Source of the DNA: Bradymonadia bacterium
GTDB taxonomy: Bacteria > Myxococcota_A > Bradymonadia > UBA7976 > UBA1532
Direction: 5' to 3'
DNA: 64,000 nt
Assembly: GCA_046290225.1 (NCBI GenBank)
Contig: JBKAGE010000035.1
Span: forward strand, 64,001-128,000
The position numbers and the translations under genes are program-made. Position 1 is the first letter of the stretch, and the number at the start of each line of letters is the position of its first letter. Under the pieces are notes generated by a model. The model saw only the letters and a program-made list of their open reading frames with translations, made no database searches and was not told where the DNA came from. This document shows, piece by piece, positions 1-10,392 of the stretch.

Positions 1-1
1 C

Positions 2-133
2 ATACCGCGCACGACGGCCTGCAGGGTGGCGGGTGTTGCCGGGGTTGCCCGGTTGGGCGAGCCAGGTGAGCAAAGTCTCCTGCACCCGATCGTCGATGGG
101 GGTCGAGGCGTTACAGTCGAGGTACAGACTCAT
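2..133 (-). CDS. Cysteine desulfurase (IscS/NifS/DndA family, PLP class V), N-terminal 44 codons; runs off the window edge
   Basis: Not in the ORF track. Manual translation from ATG at 133 gives MSLYLDCNASTPIDDRVQETLLTWLAQPGNPGNTRHPAGRRARY, which fits the YLDxxATTP...GNxxs.H..G N-terminus of group I cysteine desulfurases. Confidence 0.85.
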   Translation of the reverse strand, partial: MSLYLDCNASTPIDDRVQETLLTWLAQPGNPGNTRHPAGRRARY

Positions 134-443
134 CAGGGGCCTCCAGCTGATCGAGGGCCTGTTCCACGCGTTGATGGATTTGCGCCCGGAGCTCCAGAGA
201 GGTACGGCTGCGGTGATAGAGACTCACCTCACCAGGACGCTCCCCGATGCGGAGTTCGAGCACATGAGGCACCGTGAGGCGCACCACAGCGCCCCCAGGC
301 CAGGGCTCGTCCACTCGACAGGCCTGAGGCCACAAGGGCGAGAGCGCCTCTACGAGATCTGAAGTCGGCCGTGGGGGGTCGAGCCTGTAGAAGAAGTGCA
401 GCCCCCGCATGCAGCGAGGGCTCTGAGTGAGGGTCCACGACAT
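111..443 (-). CDS. Hypothetical protein, 110 aa
   Basis: Starts 7 nt after the V4R gene stop and overlaps the desulfurase start, so packing is operon-like. No recognisable motif. Confidence 0.6.
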   Translation of the reverse strand: MSWTLTQSPRCMRGLHFFYRLDPPRPTSDLVEALSPLWPQACRVDEPWPGGAVVRLTVPHVLELRIGERPGEVSLYHRSRTSLELRAQIHQRVEQALDQLEAPDESVPRL

Positions 444-450
444 GACCGGC

Positions 451-1677
451 TCAACGCCAGGCGACGATCTCGGTGTAATCGTCGCCCATGGCCATGCATT
501 TGGTCTCTTCGACCTTGAAGCCGTCGGGAGACTCGAAGACCTTCACGAAGAAGTCGCGATCGAGGGTGGGCTTGCTGGCGATGTCGCCCACGTGCACCAG
601 GTTCATGGTGCCCACGACGCCCGCTCGGGCGAGGTAGCAAATCGGACGATCCGCAGTGCCGTACAGACCCACATATCCGCGACTCTCATAGTCGTCGTAG
701 ATGCGGACCACCAGCTTGTCATCGCTGATCTCTGCCACTCGCCAGGTGCCCCAGCCCAGGGCGTTCACCGTGGCCACCATGCCGTGCACCCAGTCGGCCT
801 TCGTCTGGCACTGGGGCTTGATGACCGCGTCCCACTCGGCGCTGGTCATGATGCCGCCGAAGGTGTTGAACGCGCAGTGGTAGCCAGCGTTCACCAGCAA
901 GTCTTCCGCAGCCTCGAGCAGGCCCATCTCGCTCATACGGTGCACGAACTCGAAAGAGATGCGGTTGTAGAAGTTGGCAAAGTGGCGCGTGAGCACCACC
1001 CCGAAGCGGGGAATAAAGCCCTCTTCGTTGCCGCTGAAGTCGAGGCCCGACAAGGCCTCGAGGGTCTTCCCCTCGTCCACCGAGGTGTCGCCATAGGGCG
1101 GCGGCGCCACGTCGCCCGAGCCGAAGCCGTTGGCGGCGCTGCGGTAGAGGCGATCTTCGAGGTGCTCGTGCTTTGACAACTCGATGCGGCCCTCGCTGTC
1201 ACCCACTGAGAGGCAGCTCACGGCCTTGGCGGCGAACTGGCGGGCGGGCAACCCATGGATCGCCGCCAGAGCACCAGCGGCATAGCCCTGATCAAAGAAG
1301 CTCTGCTGGGTCGAGTGGTTGGTGCCGGGCTCTTCACGGGCCAGCTTGGTCATCTGGCCATAGTGAGAGGTGGGGGTCACCACGACGCCACCCTCGGCCG
1401 TGGCCTTCGAGAAGTCGATGGTGCCAAAGCCCAGCTCCGCAAAGGTGTCGGCGGCCACCTTGGCCCGGGCCTCGGGGGTGTCGCCGGCCTTGGAGATCGC
1501 CGCATAGGCCACCGAAGCAGCGGCGTCGCGGATCACCTCTTCCATGCCGATGTCGGGCAGCAGCAAGGTCTGCTGCAAATGGTGGTTGTAGTGGTTGCAG
1601 TGGAAGATGAGCGGCTCGCGGCCATACAGGGCACGGCCATGACTCGCAGCAACGTTGGGCAACAGTGAACGTGACAT
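451..1677 (-). CDS. Tandem V4R (4-vinyl reductase)-like domain protein
   Basis: Two similar halves, each with LG(F/W)G followed later by C-x-x-x-GD (SCLSVGDSEG; KCMAMGDDYTEI). N-terminal FHCNHYN motif. SD AAGGAG upstream. Confidence 0.75.
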   Translation of the reverse strand: MSRSLLPNVAASHGRALYGREPLIFHCNHYNHHLQQTLLLPDIGMEEVIRDAAASVAYAAISKAGDTPEARAKVAADTFAELGFGTIDFSKATAEGGVVVTPTSHYGQMTKLAREEPGTNHSTQQSFFDQGYAAGALAAIHGLPARQFAAKAVSCLSVGDSEGRIELSKHEHLEDRLYRSAANGFGSGDVAPPPYGDTSVDEGKTLEALSGLDFSGNEEGFIPRFGVVLTRHFANFYNRISFEFVHRMSEMGLLEAAEDLLVNAGYHCAFNTFGGIMTSAEWDAVIKPQCQTKADWVHGMVATVNALGWGTWRVAEISDDKLVVRIYDDYESRGYVGLYGTADRPICYLARAGVVGTMNLVHVGDIASKPTLDRDFFVKVFESPDGFKVEETKCMAMGDDYTEIVAWR

Positions 1678-1696
1678 CTACATGACTCCTTGTGGC

Positions 1697-1867
1697 TCAG
1701 CGTCGATCGAGCTGTTGGATGGCGCCGCGGACTTCCCGCTCCAAATCAGCAGGCAGCGGGGTGTTTGGGTCCATCTTCCCGATGGCGGGCTTGCGCAGCA
1801 TCAAGATGACACGGGCCATCTTCATCCGGCCCATGTTGCCGGGAAACAGTTCTGAGAGCGTGGTCAT
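1697..1867 (-). CDS. Small hypothetical protein, 56 aa (below ORF-track cut-off)
   Basis: MTTLSELFPGNMGRMKMARVILMLRKPAIGKMDPNTPLPADLEREVRGAIQQLDRR*. Strong SD (GAGGTGGAG) before the ATG. Ends 19 nt before the V4R start. Confidence 0.7.
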   Translation of the reverse strand: MTTLSELFPGNMGRMKMARVILMLRKPAIGKMDPNTPLPADLEREVRGAIQQLDRR

Positions 1868-1964
1868 GACTCACTCCACCTCATAACAGTCAAAAGCATT
1901 GTGTATTGCGGTAACGTTTGCATCGGAGAGTCACGTACCGCACTTGAACCAGAGTATTGTTTTT

Positions 1965-4115
1965 TCAGCTGTGGGCTTGCGCCACAGAGTCGCGCACCGA
2001 GGTGTTGATCTGATCTTTCAAGATCACCATCTGCTCCTCGAGCATCTTCGCTGACATGTCGAAGGCCTCGGCGGTGTCAGCCACAGCGGAGGCCTCGCTG
2101 GAGACCTGGGAGATACGATCGGTGACCTCGCGACTGCCTGCGGCGGCCTGACCCACGTTCCGAGCGATCTCGTTGGTGGCCGCAGACTGCTCTTCCACTG
2201 CGGCAGCGATCGAGGTGTTGATCTGATTCACCTCGTCGATGGTGCTGGCGATTTGGTTGATGGCCTCCACCGCCTCCTGCGTGATGTTGTTCATCGACTG
2301 CAGCTGATGGGCGATCTGCTCTGTGGAGCTCGCAGTCTGGTTGGCGAGGCTCTTGACCTCGTCGGCGACTACGGCGAAGCCCTTGCCTGCGTCACCGGCC
2401 CGGGCGGCCTCGATGGTGGCGTTCAAAGCCAGCAGGTTCGTCTGCTCCGCGATCTCCGAGATCAGGCTCACCACCTCACCGGCCTGATCTGCGGCGGCCT
2501 TGAGGCTCTGGACCACATCTTGAGTATTCCGGGCCTGATCGCTCGCGCCGGCGGCGGTGCGGGCTGCGTGGTTCACCTGGGACGAGATCTCAGTGATCGA
2601 AGCGGACAGCTCTTCTGCAGAGGCGGCGACAGTCTCTGTGTTCGCCAATGTCTGCTGGGCCGCAGCAGCCACAGCCTGGGCGTCTCCCTGCACTCGAGTC
2701 GAGGTGCCCACCAGATCGGTGGCCACGCTGCACATCATCTCTGTGGTCTCGGCGATCCCACTGACGGCGCTCTCGGTCTGGCCATGAATAAAGGTGGCCA
2801 TCTTCTCGAGCACCCGATCACGCTCCTGGGCGGCGGCGACGCGAGCAGCCTCTTGCTCAGCGAGCAGGTTTTGTCGCTCCTGCTCGCCTTGCCTCAAGAT
2901 GTCGAGGGCCATGGCGATCCGGCCAATCTCGTCGTGGCGATCTCGATGGGGCACCTCAATGCTGGTGTCGGCCTGCGCCAATCGGGTCATCAGATCGGTG
3001 AGGGTGACGATGGGCGTGGACACTCGGTTGCCAGCAACCCACCCGACGAAGTTGAGCACCCCGCCGAGCACCAGCACCCCGATGAGCAACGTCCAGGTCA
3101 TGGCGGTCACAGGCGCCAGAATCTCTGCTTCGTCCTGCAGCGTGAGCACTGCCCAACGCGCGCCATGAAAATCAAAGGACCCATAGGCGATCTTCTGCAT
3201 GGTGTCGCCGATGGTGGTGCACCCCACCCCCGACTCACCATTGAGCGCCTGCTTCGCCATCTCGATGTCCATCTTCGTCTTCAGGATGGTGGGCTCTTTG
3301 GTGAGCCGATCCTGATTGCGCAGCATGTAGTCTGCCCCGACGATGAGGCTACGACCGGTCTCGCCGAGGCCGTTGGTGTCGGCCATGATGCTGTTGAGTC
3401 GATCGATGGGCATCTGAAACGCGAGCACCCCGATGGGCTTGCCGTCGGCGCCGATCACCGGCGTAGAGATGAAGCTCGCCGGGGCGCCGTGGCTGGGGCC
3501 ATAGGGTTTGAAGTCTTTGAAGGTGACGGCCCCCTTCTGCCCTGACTCGAAGGCCCCTCGGAACACGTTGGCGAGATCAGTGTCCTTCCACTCGCCGGTG
3601 TTCATGTTGGTGGCGTAATCGAGCTCTTTGAACACCGTGTAGATGAGATCACCCTCGGTGTTGAACAAGAAGATGTCGTAGTACCCCTGAGTCCGCAGCA
3701 AGTTGCGAAACCATGGGTGCAGCCGCTGGTGCACAGCACTGTACTCAGAGCCGTCAGGAGCGAAGTCGAGCTCTTCTTTTTTACCCGTGGGGTTCGGGTT
3801 CTCGGTGATGTACAGACGCTGCAGCGTCTTCTCGGGGCCCTCGAGCTTCTGCCATGCCGCACCGAACTCGTTGATCGCTTGTTTGATCAACGGGCTGTCG
3901 GCGTTGATGAGCAGCTCGTTCTCGATGGCCTTCAGGTAATCTTTGAGCTGTTTTTGCCGGGCCTTCCCTACAGTGTCGAGGTGGGCCTCCGCCTGCTCGA
4001 TGGCGGCACTGGTGGCCGTCGAATACCCGATGAGACCACTCAATACAGTGCCGACGAGGCCCGCACCGATGATCAGCCACGTAATGCGGCCTTTCAATGA
4101 CAACTGACGTTTCAT
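1965..4115 (-). CDS. Methyl-accepting chemotaxis protein (Cache-type sensor, HAMP, MCP signal domain)
   Basis: Two TM helices, a periplasmic YYDIFLF Cache-like domain, HAMP (RHDEIGRIA) and [34 protein letters not shown]. Start moved to ATG 4115 (SD GGAG). Confidence 0.95.
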   Translation of the reverse strand: MKRQLSLKGRITWLIIGAGLVGTVLSGLIGYSTATSAAIEQAEAHLDTVGKARQKQLKDYLKAIENELLINADSPLIKQAINEFGAAWQKLEGPEKTLQRLYITENPNPTGKKEELDFAPDGSEYSAVHQRLHPWFRNLLRTQGYYDIFLFNTEGDLIYTVFKELDYATNMNTGEWKDTDLANVFRGAFESGQKGAVTFKDFKPYGPSHGAPASFISTPVIGADGKPIGVLAFQMPIDRLNSIMADTNGLGETGRSLIVGADYMLRNQDRLTKEPTILKTKMDIEMAKQALNGESGVGCTTIGDTMQKIAYGSFDFHGARWAVLTLQDEAEILAPVTAMTWTLLIGVLVLGGVLNFVGWVAGNRVSTPIVTLTDLMTRLAQADTSIEVPHRDRHDEIGRIAMALDILRQGEQERQNLLAEQEAARVAAAQERDRVLEKMATFIHGQTESAVSGIAETTEMMCSVATDLVGTSTRVQGDAQAVAAAAQQTLANTETVAASAEELSASITEISSQVNHAARTAAGASDQARNTQDVVQSLKAAADQAGEVVSLISEIAEQTNLLALNATIEAARAGDAGKGFAVVADEVKSLANQTASSTEQIAHQLQSMNNITQEAVEAINQIASTIDEVNQINTSIAAAVEEQSAATNEIARNVGQAAAGSREVTDRISQVSSEASAVADTAEAFDMSAKMLEEQMVILKDQINTSVRDSVAQAHS

Positions 4116-4273
4116 TTCCCCTACTCCGACATCTCTGCGCACTTCTGTACGCGCAACGACCCCCCGATCGTATGGCCCGACTTCACAACACATAACGAAC
4201 ATGATGCAGAAGCGTTGAAGGAGAGGGTCAACGCGTACACTGACCCAAAGCAGGGTATTCGGAGGCGGGCAGG

Positions 4274-6328
4274 TCAGTCGTCGAGGAGCAGAACCATCAC
4301 TTTGTCTTCGAGGCCATCGGCAGAATAAGTCCGCGAGAAAGCAAGGCCCAACGCATTGTCGATGGTCGTGTGGGCACCGGCGCCCACAGCACGATGGCGG
4401 TTGCGGAACTGACCCAGGCGGCGCCAGTGGGCCAACAATGCAGGATCGTACTCATCCCAGTTCATGTCGGAGCGCGTGCTCTGCTCTTCGTCGCTGAGAA
4501 TCGGCCCCACAGGGCGTGCGGTCTCGTCGCCGTAGAAGATCTGCACGCCCCCAGGCATGAGCATCATGGCGGTGCCCACGTCGTACTGGGCCCCCATGTC
4601 GCCACCGGTCATGTGGAAGAAGAGATCAGTGTCGTGACTCGAGATGTAGGTGAGCACGTTGAAGGTGGGGTCGATGTTGATGCTGCCAGCATAGCTGGCG
4701 TACAGCGCGTCGAGCTGATCATGATCAGCGATCACCTGCTCGGCAACATCCTGGAAGTCGAAGTTGAGGACCGAATCGAAGCCGTTGTCGAAGTACTCGG
4801 TGCGCACCACGCTGTGGGGGAACACCTCGCCCGTCATCCAGAAGCCTGCGTCGTCGACGGCTTTCTCGGGGTTGGCGGCCTTCCACTCTGCGAGGGCTGC
4901 GGTGGAGGCATCTTTGAGGGCCTGCCACGAGGCGAACTCCACGTGCTTCGCCGTGTCGCAGCGGAACCCGTCGATGCCGAAGTTGCGCACCCAGTCGCTC
5001 TGCCACTTCACCAGGTAATCGCGAACCTTGTAGCCCTCGATGCGCTCAGCACGCGTATCGGCCTTGCGCTGCAGGAACACCGGGATGTCTTCGAGCGTGC
5101 GGAAGTCTTCGGTGATGAAGTCGGGCAAGAAGGCCAGCGAGCTGTTGAGATCGCTCATGCCCGGGCGGTTGTGCCCGGGGAAACCCGCCCTGATCCAGCG
5201 AGAGCCCCACCAGTTCTCCCAGGCGTCGCTCTCGTAATCCATGAAAACGTCGTTCCAGTCGTGCCACGTGCCGTTGGCCTCTGGGCGCCAGCCGTCGAGA
5301 CCGTCCGTGGTGCGAACCACCTCCGGCACGTATTCGGCCATGTCGTCGGCCGATGCATACCCCGGGTGGTTGATCACCACATCGAAGATCACCCGGATAC
5401 CGCGCTCGTGTGCGGCGTCGACGAAGGCTCTCAGCTCGTCTTCCGTACCGATGTTGGCGTCCATCTTGGTGAAGTCGAGGGCCCAGTACCCGTGATAGCC
5501 ATAGTGGGGGAAGTCGCCGCTGCCGCCACCCACCCAGCCGTGGATCTGCTCCACCGGTGAGGTCATCCAGATGGCGTTCACCCCCAGCTGCTCGAAGTAA
5601 TCGAGGCGATCCATGAGGCCCTGCACGTCGCCGCCGTGCCAGGTCCCCGAGCGCTCCTCAGCGGTGAAGCCTTCAGTGATCCGGCCATAGCTGTTGTCGT
5701 TGCTGGGATCACCATTCTCGAATCGATCGGTGATCACGAAGTAGACCGTGGCGTTGTCCCAGCTGAAGGGCAACGGCTCGGCCTCGGCCTCTTCGAGCAA
5801 CACCACCCCGCTCGGATCAGCGATGAGCGTCACGTTGCCGTCGTCACCCACAGTGGCCGTGCGGCCGGTGTAGGCGTCACGGATCTCGTCGCCCGCATCG
5901 AATGTGCTCGACACATCGACGGTGATCTCGGTGCCCTCCGGGGTACCTCCAGCGCCTCCAGCGCCGCCTGGATCTCCACCCATACCGGCGGCACCACCGG
6001 CGCCACCCGGGTCACCTCCGGCGCCGGCTTCACCGCCAGCGCCACCTGCACCACCAGGATCACCACCGGCTCCGCCAGCGCCGCCAGGTTCGCCACCGGC
6101 ACCAGCCGCACCGCCGGCGCCAGCACCTCCACCGGCGCCAGCGCCTCCGCCAGCGCCACCGGGCTCACCCGCAACACCGCCAGCTCCGGCTTCTCCACCG
6201 GCGCCTGCTTCGCCGCCCGCCTGCCCCCCGGTGTAGGGGTTGCCGGCGTTGTCGTAGTCATCATCTTCACAACCGTTAAAGCCCAGAGCTGCAACGGCAA
6301 CCAGGGCAGAGATCGAGAGTGATTTCAT
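4274..6328 (-). CDS. malS: Alpha-amylase (GH13, MalS-like) lipoprotein with Gly/Ala-rich linker
   Basis: Lipobox [33 protein letters not shown], and catalytic motifs [19 protein letters not shown]. Confidence 0.9.
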   Translation of the reverse strand: MKSLSISALVAVAALGFNGCEDDDYDNAGNPYTGGQAGGEAGAGGEAGAGGVAGEPGGAGGGAGAGGGAGAGGAAGAGGEPGGAGGAGGDPGGAGGAGGEAGAGGDPGGAGGAAGMGGDPGGAGGAGGTPEGTEITVDVSSTFDAGDEIRDAYTGRTATVGDDGNVTLIADPSGVVLLEEAEAEPLPFSWDNATVYFVITDRFENGDPSNDNSYGRITEGFTAEERSGTWHGGDVQGLMDRLDYFEQLGVNAIWMTSPVEQIHGWVGGGSGDFPHYGYHGYWALDFTKMDANIGTEDELRAFVDAAHERGIRVIFDVVINHPGYASADDMAEYVPEVVRTTDGLDGWRPEANGTWHDWNDVFMDYESDAWENWWGSRWIRAGFPGHNRPGMSDLNSSLAFLPDFITEDFRTLEDIPVFLQRKADTRAERIEGYKVRDYLVKWQSDWVRNFGIDGFRCDTAKHVEFASWQALKDASTAALAEWKAANPEKAVDDAGFWMTGEVFPHSVVRTEYFDNGFDSVLNFDFQDVAEQVIADHDQLDALYASYAGSINIDPTFNVLTYISSHDTDLFFHMTGGDMGAQYDVGTAMMLMPGGVQIFYGDETARPVGPILSDEEQSTRSDMNWDEYDPALLAHWRRLGQFRNRHRAVGAGAHTTIDNALGLAFSRTYSADGLEDKVMVLLLDD

Positions 6329-6343
6329 GTGGTGCGATCTCCT

Positions 6344-7417
6344 TCAGGGCGTGGGGAATGGCAGGAGGGGGGCACCGGGCTCGCCGATGGCCACCCTGTA
6401 CACTGCGCTGCCGAAGAGTTGGGTCACGTAAACTGAGCACGGATCAAAGCCCTCACCGGCCCCGAAAGCGAGGCTGGCGGGGTTTCGAGCCCCTTCGGCG
6501 AAGAGCGCAGCCTCGAATGGTGCGCCGGCTTCGCCTGGGGTGAGCTTCCACAGGGCATGCTTGACGTTGGCGGCGACATACACCGCACCGCTGGCACCTA
6601 CGGCGACACCATCAAGGGTGAAGCCAGCACCGAGCGCGGCGATCTCGCTGCGATCATCGGCGAGAGGTAGACCGTCTGCGTCTACGGCAAACCGTGTCAC
6701 CTGCCCTTCGGGTGTAAAGGTCGACGCCACGTACAGCGCATCCCCCTCGGGGCTGTACGCCATGCCATTGGGTGAGGGCACGTCACCAATGACTTCGGAG
6801 ACAGACCCATCAGTGGCCACGCGTATGATGCGGGTGCTGCTGGCATCGGACACGAGGGCGCTGCCATCGGGCATCATGGCCACGAAGTTGGGGTTGAACA
6901 GGTCGGTGGCCAGGGGGGTCACCTCGCCGGCAGCAGAGACGCTGTAAACCACACCATCAGTGACGTCTTCAGCACTGCTCGGTCCAAAGCTCGCCACGAC
7001 AAAGCCATCCCCTGCAGGGGCAAAGCCGATGAGATCAGGCACTTCAGCAAAGGCCTCGGGCTCACCCCCATCAGGCCCGAAGGCCCAGAGCGTACCCGCG
7101 CTGCCCACGTACAGGCGACCATCAGCACCGAAAGAGACGCCCTCGGAGCCCCCCTCGATGCCCGTAGGGAACCCGTCATAGAAGATCTCGACCTCGCCAG
7201 GACTCAAATCGTCCCAGCAACCATCACCGGGCGCTTCAGCATCCGGTATGGCCGCATCATCGGCCACCGCAGCGTCTGCCATCGCCATATCGGCCATCGG
7301 CATCGCATCAGCCGCCACGGCAGCATCAGGGGCACCAGAAGCCTCCTCGCCATCATCGCAGCCAGTACACCACACAGCAGCCAGGGCCACGCACCCATAC
7401 ACGACACGCGTGTTCAT
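6344..7417 (-). CDS. SMP-30/gluconolactonase/LRE-family beta-propeller lipoprotein
   Basis: Lipobox CTGC and an Asp/Ala linker. SEGV, PNGMAYSPEG and LDGVAV motifs. Confidence 0.8.
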   Translation of the reverse strand: MNTRVVYGCVALAAVWCTGCDDGEEASGAPDAAVAADAMPMADMAMADAAVADDAAIPDAEAPGDGCWDDLSPGEVEIFYDGFPTGIEGGSEGVSFGADGRLYVGSAGTLWAFGPDGGEPEAFAEVPDLIGFAPAGDGFVVASFGPSSAEDVTDGVVYSVSAAGEVTPLATDLFNPNFVAMMPDGSALVSDASSTRIIRVATDGSVSEVIGDVPSPNGMAYSPEGDALYVASTFTPEGQVTRFAVDADGLPLADDRSEIAALGAGFTLDGVAVGASGAVYVAANVKHALWKLTPGEAGAPFEAALFAEGARNPASLAFGAGEGFDPCSVYVTQLFGSAVYRVAIGEPGAPLLPFPTP

Positions 7418-7531
7418 CAGTCTCCTCGAATGTGTTGGCGCCCATGGGATACGGACCGCCTGTTCGCAGGAGCATACAAATCATGGTGGGTGTACCGCCA
7501 GCAAGAGGCCTGCCTGTTTTCGGCATGGGAC

Positions 7532-7984
7532 TCAGGGGGCTTTGGGGTACAGAATCGTCGAGTCGGCCACGAGCTGCCACCGGCCCTCGATCCTCACCAG
7601 CGTGAACACCTGCTCGAAGCGGCCATCTGCCCGCGTACTCGTGGCCCTGATCTGTGCCATGTCCTCTGCCACCAGGCTGTGATGCCAGATGGGGCTCATT
7701 GGCTTGCCGCCGATCTTGCCGGCCTTCATCAAGCCCAGGTAACCCGCTCGATCGAGCACGGTGACACCGGGCTTGCCCACAATGTTGAAGACCACCCTGA
7801 AGTCGGCGTGGAGCATTTTCTCGAGGGCACCCACATCCCGCGACGCACCAGCGTCCATGAAGGCCTGAAGGGTCGCCTTGGGTTGATCAGGCGCCGCAGC
7901 CGGAGCGGGCGCCCACAAGGCCGGTACGAGGAGCACGGTCAGGATCCAGAGGGCGGGGTGAACGACGGTCAAAAAATGACGCAT
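7532..7984 (-). CDS. Secreted NTF2-like (SnoaL/DUF4440-type) protein
   Basis: Signal peptide, then RDVGALEKMLHADF ... LVRIEGRWQLV. Start moved to ATG 7984 (SD GGAG). Confidence 0.7.
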   Translation of the reverse strand: MRHFLTVVHPALWILTVLLVPALWAPAPAAAPDQPKATLQAFMDAGASRDVGALEKMLHADFRVVFNIVGKPGVTVLDRAGYLGLMKAGKIGGKPMSPIWHHSLVAEDMAQIRATSTRADGRFEQVFTLVRIEGRWQLVADSTILYPKAP

Positions 7985-8087
7985 GGTCGATGTCTCCATT
8001 GTTGCCCAGGCAACTATCGGGTCGAACTGGGCGGTTGTGCTCAGGCGTCGTGACGGCCTGAGGGGTGTTGATGATCTCTGTGTAGGG

Positions 8088-8570
8088 TTACCCCTGGCCC
8101 GAGAGTTTGCGCTCGAGGGTGACGAGGGTGTCGTAAGTCGTCGCCAGCGCTTCTGGGCTGAAATCTCCGAGCAGCGCACCGCGAGCATCATGAATCGAGG
8201 CGCTGAACTGATCGTGTACGGCCCTGCCCTCTTCTGAGAGGAACACCAGGGTGCGACGCCCGTCTTCGGGATCTTTGCGGCGCTCGATCCAGCCTCGACG
8301 CTCCATACTGGCCAACATGCGGGTCAGACTCGGGCGATCGTTGAAGAGGTCATCGCCCAGCTCTGATTGCGCCTGCCCTGACTGCCGGCGCAATCGGTTG
8401 ATGACGAACCACTGCTCCTGGGTCAGCTCTATCCCTGCCTGTGTACCGAGGCTGGCGAAGTGACGTCGGAGCAGTCGCGCCGCGCGATAGATGTGATAGG
8501 CCACCGAGTCTTCGATGTCGACGATCTGACTGTCGTCGAGGCTGCGCTGAATGATGTCTCGGGTACTCAC
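8088..8570 (-). CDS. MarR family transcriptional regulator
   Basis: LTQEQWFVI...QSELG...LTRMLASMERRGWIERRKDPEDGRR. GTG start at 8570 after AGGAG. Confidence 0.92.
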   Translation of the reverse strand: MSTRDIIQRSLDDSQIVDIEDSVAYHIYRAARLLRRHFASLGTQAGIELTQEQWFVINRLRRQSGQAQSELGDDLFNDRPSLTRMLASMERRGWIERRKDPEDGRRTLVFLSEEGRAVHDQFSASIHDARGALLGDFSPEALATTYDTLVTLERKLSGQG

Positions 8571-8683
8571 GGTGGCTCCTATGGATGGCAACTTGGTTGC
8601 CCAGGCAACAATCCTCAATACGGTGCAGAAAGTCAAGCCATCACCTTGGGTGCAGCATTCCGCGACTGTGCAGCGGCGGACGC

Positions 8684-10333
8684 TCAGTAGAGTTCGACGA
8701 ACTCCACTGCCACCTTCCGCAAGGTGCGGCCACCCACCTCGAAGGTCTCCATGGGCATACGGCTCACTTCGCGGCCCTCGAAGATGTAGGGCCGGGCCAC
8801 GAAGGACTCCACCTCCGCCTCGGGCACCGCAAAGTAGAGCGTCACTGACTGCTCTTCGAGGTGCCGGCCGTGCAGGTACATGATCAAGGCGTGCTCGGTG
8901 GAGTGATAGCCATTCTTCCACTGATTGCACTTCGCCGTGTCGGTGGCAGGCCAGGCGAAGACCTTCTGACCATCGCGGCGGATGCCAGAGATGACCTCTC
9001 CGAAGGTGGCATCGACATAATCGCTCAGCCAGTGCTGGCCGGTTTGGGAGAGCAGCCGGGTGTAGCGGTGATCCAAGAGGTTGAGGGTGGCGGTGATCTG
9101 GTCAGCCTCGGCGTAGATCCACCAGTCTGATCCGTACTCCACTGTTGCGGGGCCCGTGGGGCGCTTGGCCCAACGATCCCCTTCGACGTCGTAGGCACGG
9201 ATCACCCAATCGTGTACGTGGTCGAAGAGGAACGACTGGAAGGGATGACCCTCCAACCGCTTGTCGATCTGCAGAATCATCCAATACGTCTTGAGGGTGT
9301 GGCCGAAATCCACGTGGCGGCCGCCGTATTGGCCCTGCTGGTTGTGGATGCCCCAGAAGATGCCGTCGGACCAGAATGCATCGATCATGGTCTGAGCGAG
9401 GGTCTGCATGTCGTCGAGGAACTGATCTTGTCGTGATGCCTCTGAGAGGACGGGCTGGGTAAGCAGCATGAAGGCGTTGATCGGATCGAGCTGGGCCACC
9501 AGCTCCCAGCCCCCGTCGCTGCCCTGATCGACCTCGGTGGTCAAATCAGGGCTCATGGCGTCTCTGATCCGCTGATTGTCGGCGTCCCAGTAAGTGCCCT
9601 CGTCGAAGAGCAGATCTCGGCCTGCGAGCACAGCAGCCTCGGCCACGGGATCTCGGGCGACGAAGTACCAGGCCCCGAGCCCCAGGATCACATATGCCGT
9701 GTCCTGGGCGTATTTGGCGTCGTCACCCTGAGGCCCTCCATTGCCATTGAGCAGTGTGTGCCATCCACCGCGGGCCTCGTCCCGGGCATGCTCGAGAATC
9801 CAACTCGAGCCAGCGTGGGCGAGCTCGAGCAGCTCGGTGTCACCGGTGAGCAGATAGCCCATGGCATAGGCATAGGTCTGGCGCCCGAGCATGCGCGGCC
9901 GGCGCTCTCTGCTGCCCTGGATCGTGCCGTTCATCCCTCGGAAGGTGGGGAAGTTGCCCAAAGGCTCACCGCGGGCCTCGTCCATCGTCCAATAGGGCAA
10001 CACCTCGTCGAGATAGTGCCGACGCCACACCTCACTGGAGAGGGACTCGGGGACCTCACCAGAGGGCGGTGAGTAGGCATATGGGCCAGTCCCATCAACG
10101 ACAGCATCCGCGGGCAAAGGCGCAGCATCAGCGGCCACAGCATCTGTGAGATCGCTGTCGGGCTGTTCCAGGGCTGTGTCGGCTTCAGCCGCTGCATCTA
10201 GAGGGCTGGCGTCCGGGCCGGCGTCGGGCTGCAGGTAGGGATTGAAGGCTCCGGGATCATCTTCATCAACGCAGCCCACCATCAGAGTCAGCAGGCAGGT
10301 CAGCGAGATCAGGGTGCGCACGTGGATCCTCAC
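8684..10333 (-). CDS. AGE (N-acylglucosamine 2-epimerase)-family alpha6/alpha6 protein, lipoprotein
   Basis: Lipobox MVGC and a DA-rich linker. GRQTYAYA, DFGHTLK, WWIYAEA and WKNGYHS motifs. Start uncertain (10321-10393). Confidence 0.75.
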   Translation of the reverse strand: MRIHVRTLISLTCLLTLMVGCVDEDDPGAFNPYLQPDAGPDASPLDAAAEADTALEQPDSDLTDAVAADAAPLPADAVVDGTGPYAYSPPSGEVPESLSSEVWRRHYLDEVLPYWTMDEARGEPLGNFPTFRGMNGTIQGSRERRPRMLGRQTYAYAMGYLLTGDTELLELAHAGSSWILEHARDEARGGWHTLLNGNGGPQGDDAKYAQDTAYVILGLGAWYFVARDPVAEAAVLAGRDLLFDEGTYWDADNQRIRDAMSPDLTTEVDQGSDGGWELVAQLDPINAFMLLTQPVLSEASRQDQFLDDMQTLAQTMIDAFWSDGIFWGIHNQQGQYGGRHVDFGHTLKTYWMILQIDKRLEGHPFQSFLFDHVHDWVIRAYDVEGDRWAKRPTGPATVEYGSDWWIYAEADQITATLNLLDHRYTRLLSQTGQHWLSDYVDATFGEVISGIRRDGQKVFAWPATDTAKCNQWKNGYHSTEHALIMYLHGRHLEEQSVTLYFAVPEAEVESFVARPYIFEGREVSRMPMETFEVGGRTLRKVAVEFVELY

Positions 10334-10392
10334 GGGTGAAGCGATGGTGAGGCAGGATAACGAGGGTGGGGCTTCAGATGCGAGGTTCGCCA

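Noticed and set aside
5790..5930. Beta-domain placed before the amylase catalytic domain as a novel permutation
   Set aside because: As I recall, MalS-type amylases have the same arrangement, so it is not new.
5904..6236. Gly/Ala-coding repeats (also 51850-52110 and 54000-54380) as DNA repeat elements or Pro-rich genes
   Set aside because: Degenerate low-complexity linkers within lipoprotein CDSs; the Pro-rich ORFs are their antisense.
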